Source: Octopus vulgaris (Eukaryota). From it: a stretch of 64,000 nt of DNA. Below the pieces are notes generated by a model. That model did no database searches. It was not told the DNA's origin and worked only from the letters and a program-made list of their open reading frames with translations. Each line of letters begins with the position of its first letter. The first letter of the stretch is position 1. The stretch covers positions 49,352,001-49,416,000 of the forward strand of contig OX597818.1 of assembly GCA_951406725.2 (NCBI GenBank), read 5' to 3'. The translations under genes and the position numbers were made by a program. Shown in pieces: positions 63,632 through 64,000 of the stretch.

Positions 63632-64000
63632 GCGTAACCAAACTGGTGAGGAATTTTGTAGTGCAATTGAAAGAAACAAGTGCTGCACCAACAGCAAACC
63701 AATATTTCGATCACGGTCTTTGTCGGCTGTTGAGCAGTCTAACCTCTATCCCGATAGAGGCTCTCCTCCACATAAATCAAATTACGACTTTGGCAAAGTT
63801 GAAAACAGCTTTAAAAACTTTCATATTGGACATGTTTCTTCAGACAGCCGTCACTTTAGCCAACAATGTACCCCACAGAGGAATAAGTTTAATTCTCTTT
63901 TAACTCCTGATAATACAATGATGCAAACATTCATTTATGTGTGTCCTGAGTGTCATTCTGAAAATGCCATGCATGCCCAATATTGCACTTATTGTGGAGA
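63632..64000 (+). CDS. Next exon of the same gene, encoding a C4 zinc ribbon (RanBP2-type spacing); continues past the window end
   Basis: Long T tract plus cctag acceptor; phase 2 completes Trp; open to the end: RNQTGEEFCSAIERNKCCTNSKPIFRSRSLSAVE...FIYVCPECHSENAMHAQYCTYCG (Cys codons from 63942). Confidence 0.85.

Noticed and set aside
63595-63903. 102-aa ORF from the track
   Set aside because: It starts in the polypyrimidine tract. The phase-compatible frame is different and encodes the zinc ribbon.

Overview
AT-rich, repeat-dense animal genomic DNA. The SINE, LINE and microsatellite content looks like an octopod cephalopod (Octopus sp.); this is an inference. Most entries in the ORF track are artefacts of microsatellites and repeats. 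Two spliced + strand genes are supported. (1) The 3' end of a type I single-pass receptor with a divergent cytoplasmic SEFIR-like domain (IL-17 receptor-like): exons 8893-8973, 10973-11107 (TM) and 12284-13215, followed by a frameshifted partial duplicate at ~13817-14130. (2) A gene probably starting at a CpG-rich, ETS-motif promoter near 28.85-29.1 kb, with a 1.2-kb low-complexity polyQ exon (53572-54767) spliced in phase to an exon at 63632 that runs off the window and encodes a RanBP2-spaced C4 zinc ribbon. A weaker set of phase-compatible minus-strand exons suggests a third, divergent transcript. The rest is at least four tRNA-derived SINE families (one often dimeric), CR1, RTE and RLE-type LINE ends, mariner relics and several MITEs. 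Most notable: four copies of a GG..CC-terminated MITE with 8-bp TSDs (Merlin-like) carrying TTAGGG repeats; Penelope-like hairpin elements with hammerhead-ribozyme-like cores, one fused to a tRNA-like head; a perfect 70-bp palindrome; and a 223-bp x3 tandem repeat. Repeat boundaries were read by eye and are approximate unless a TSD is quoted.
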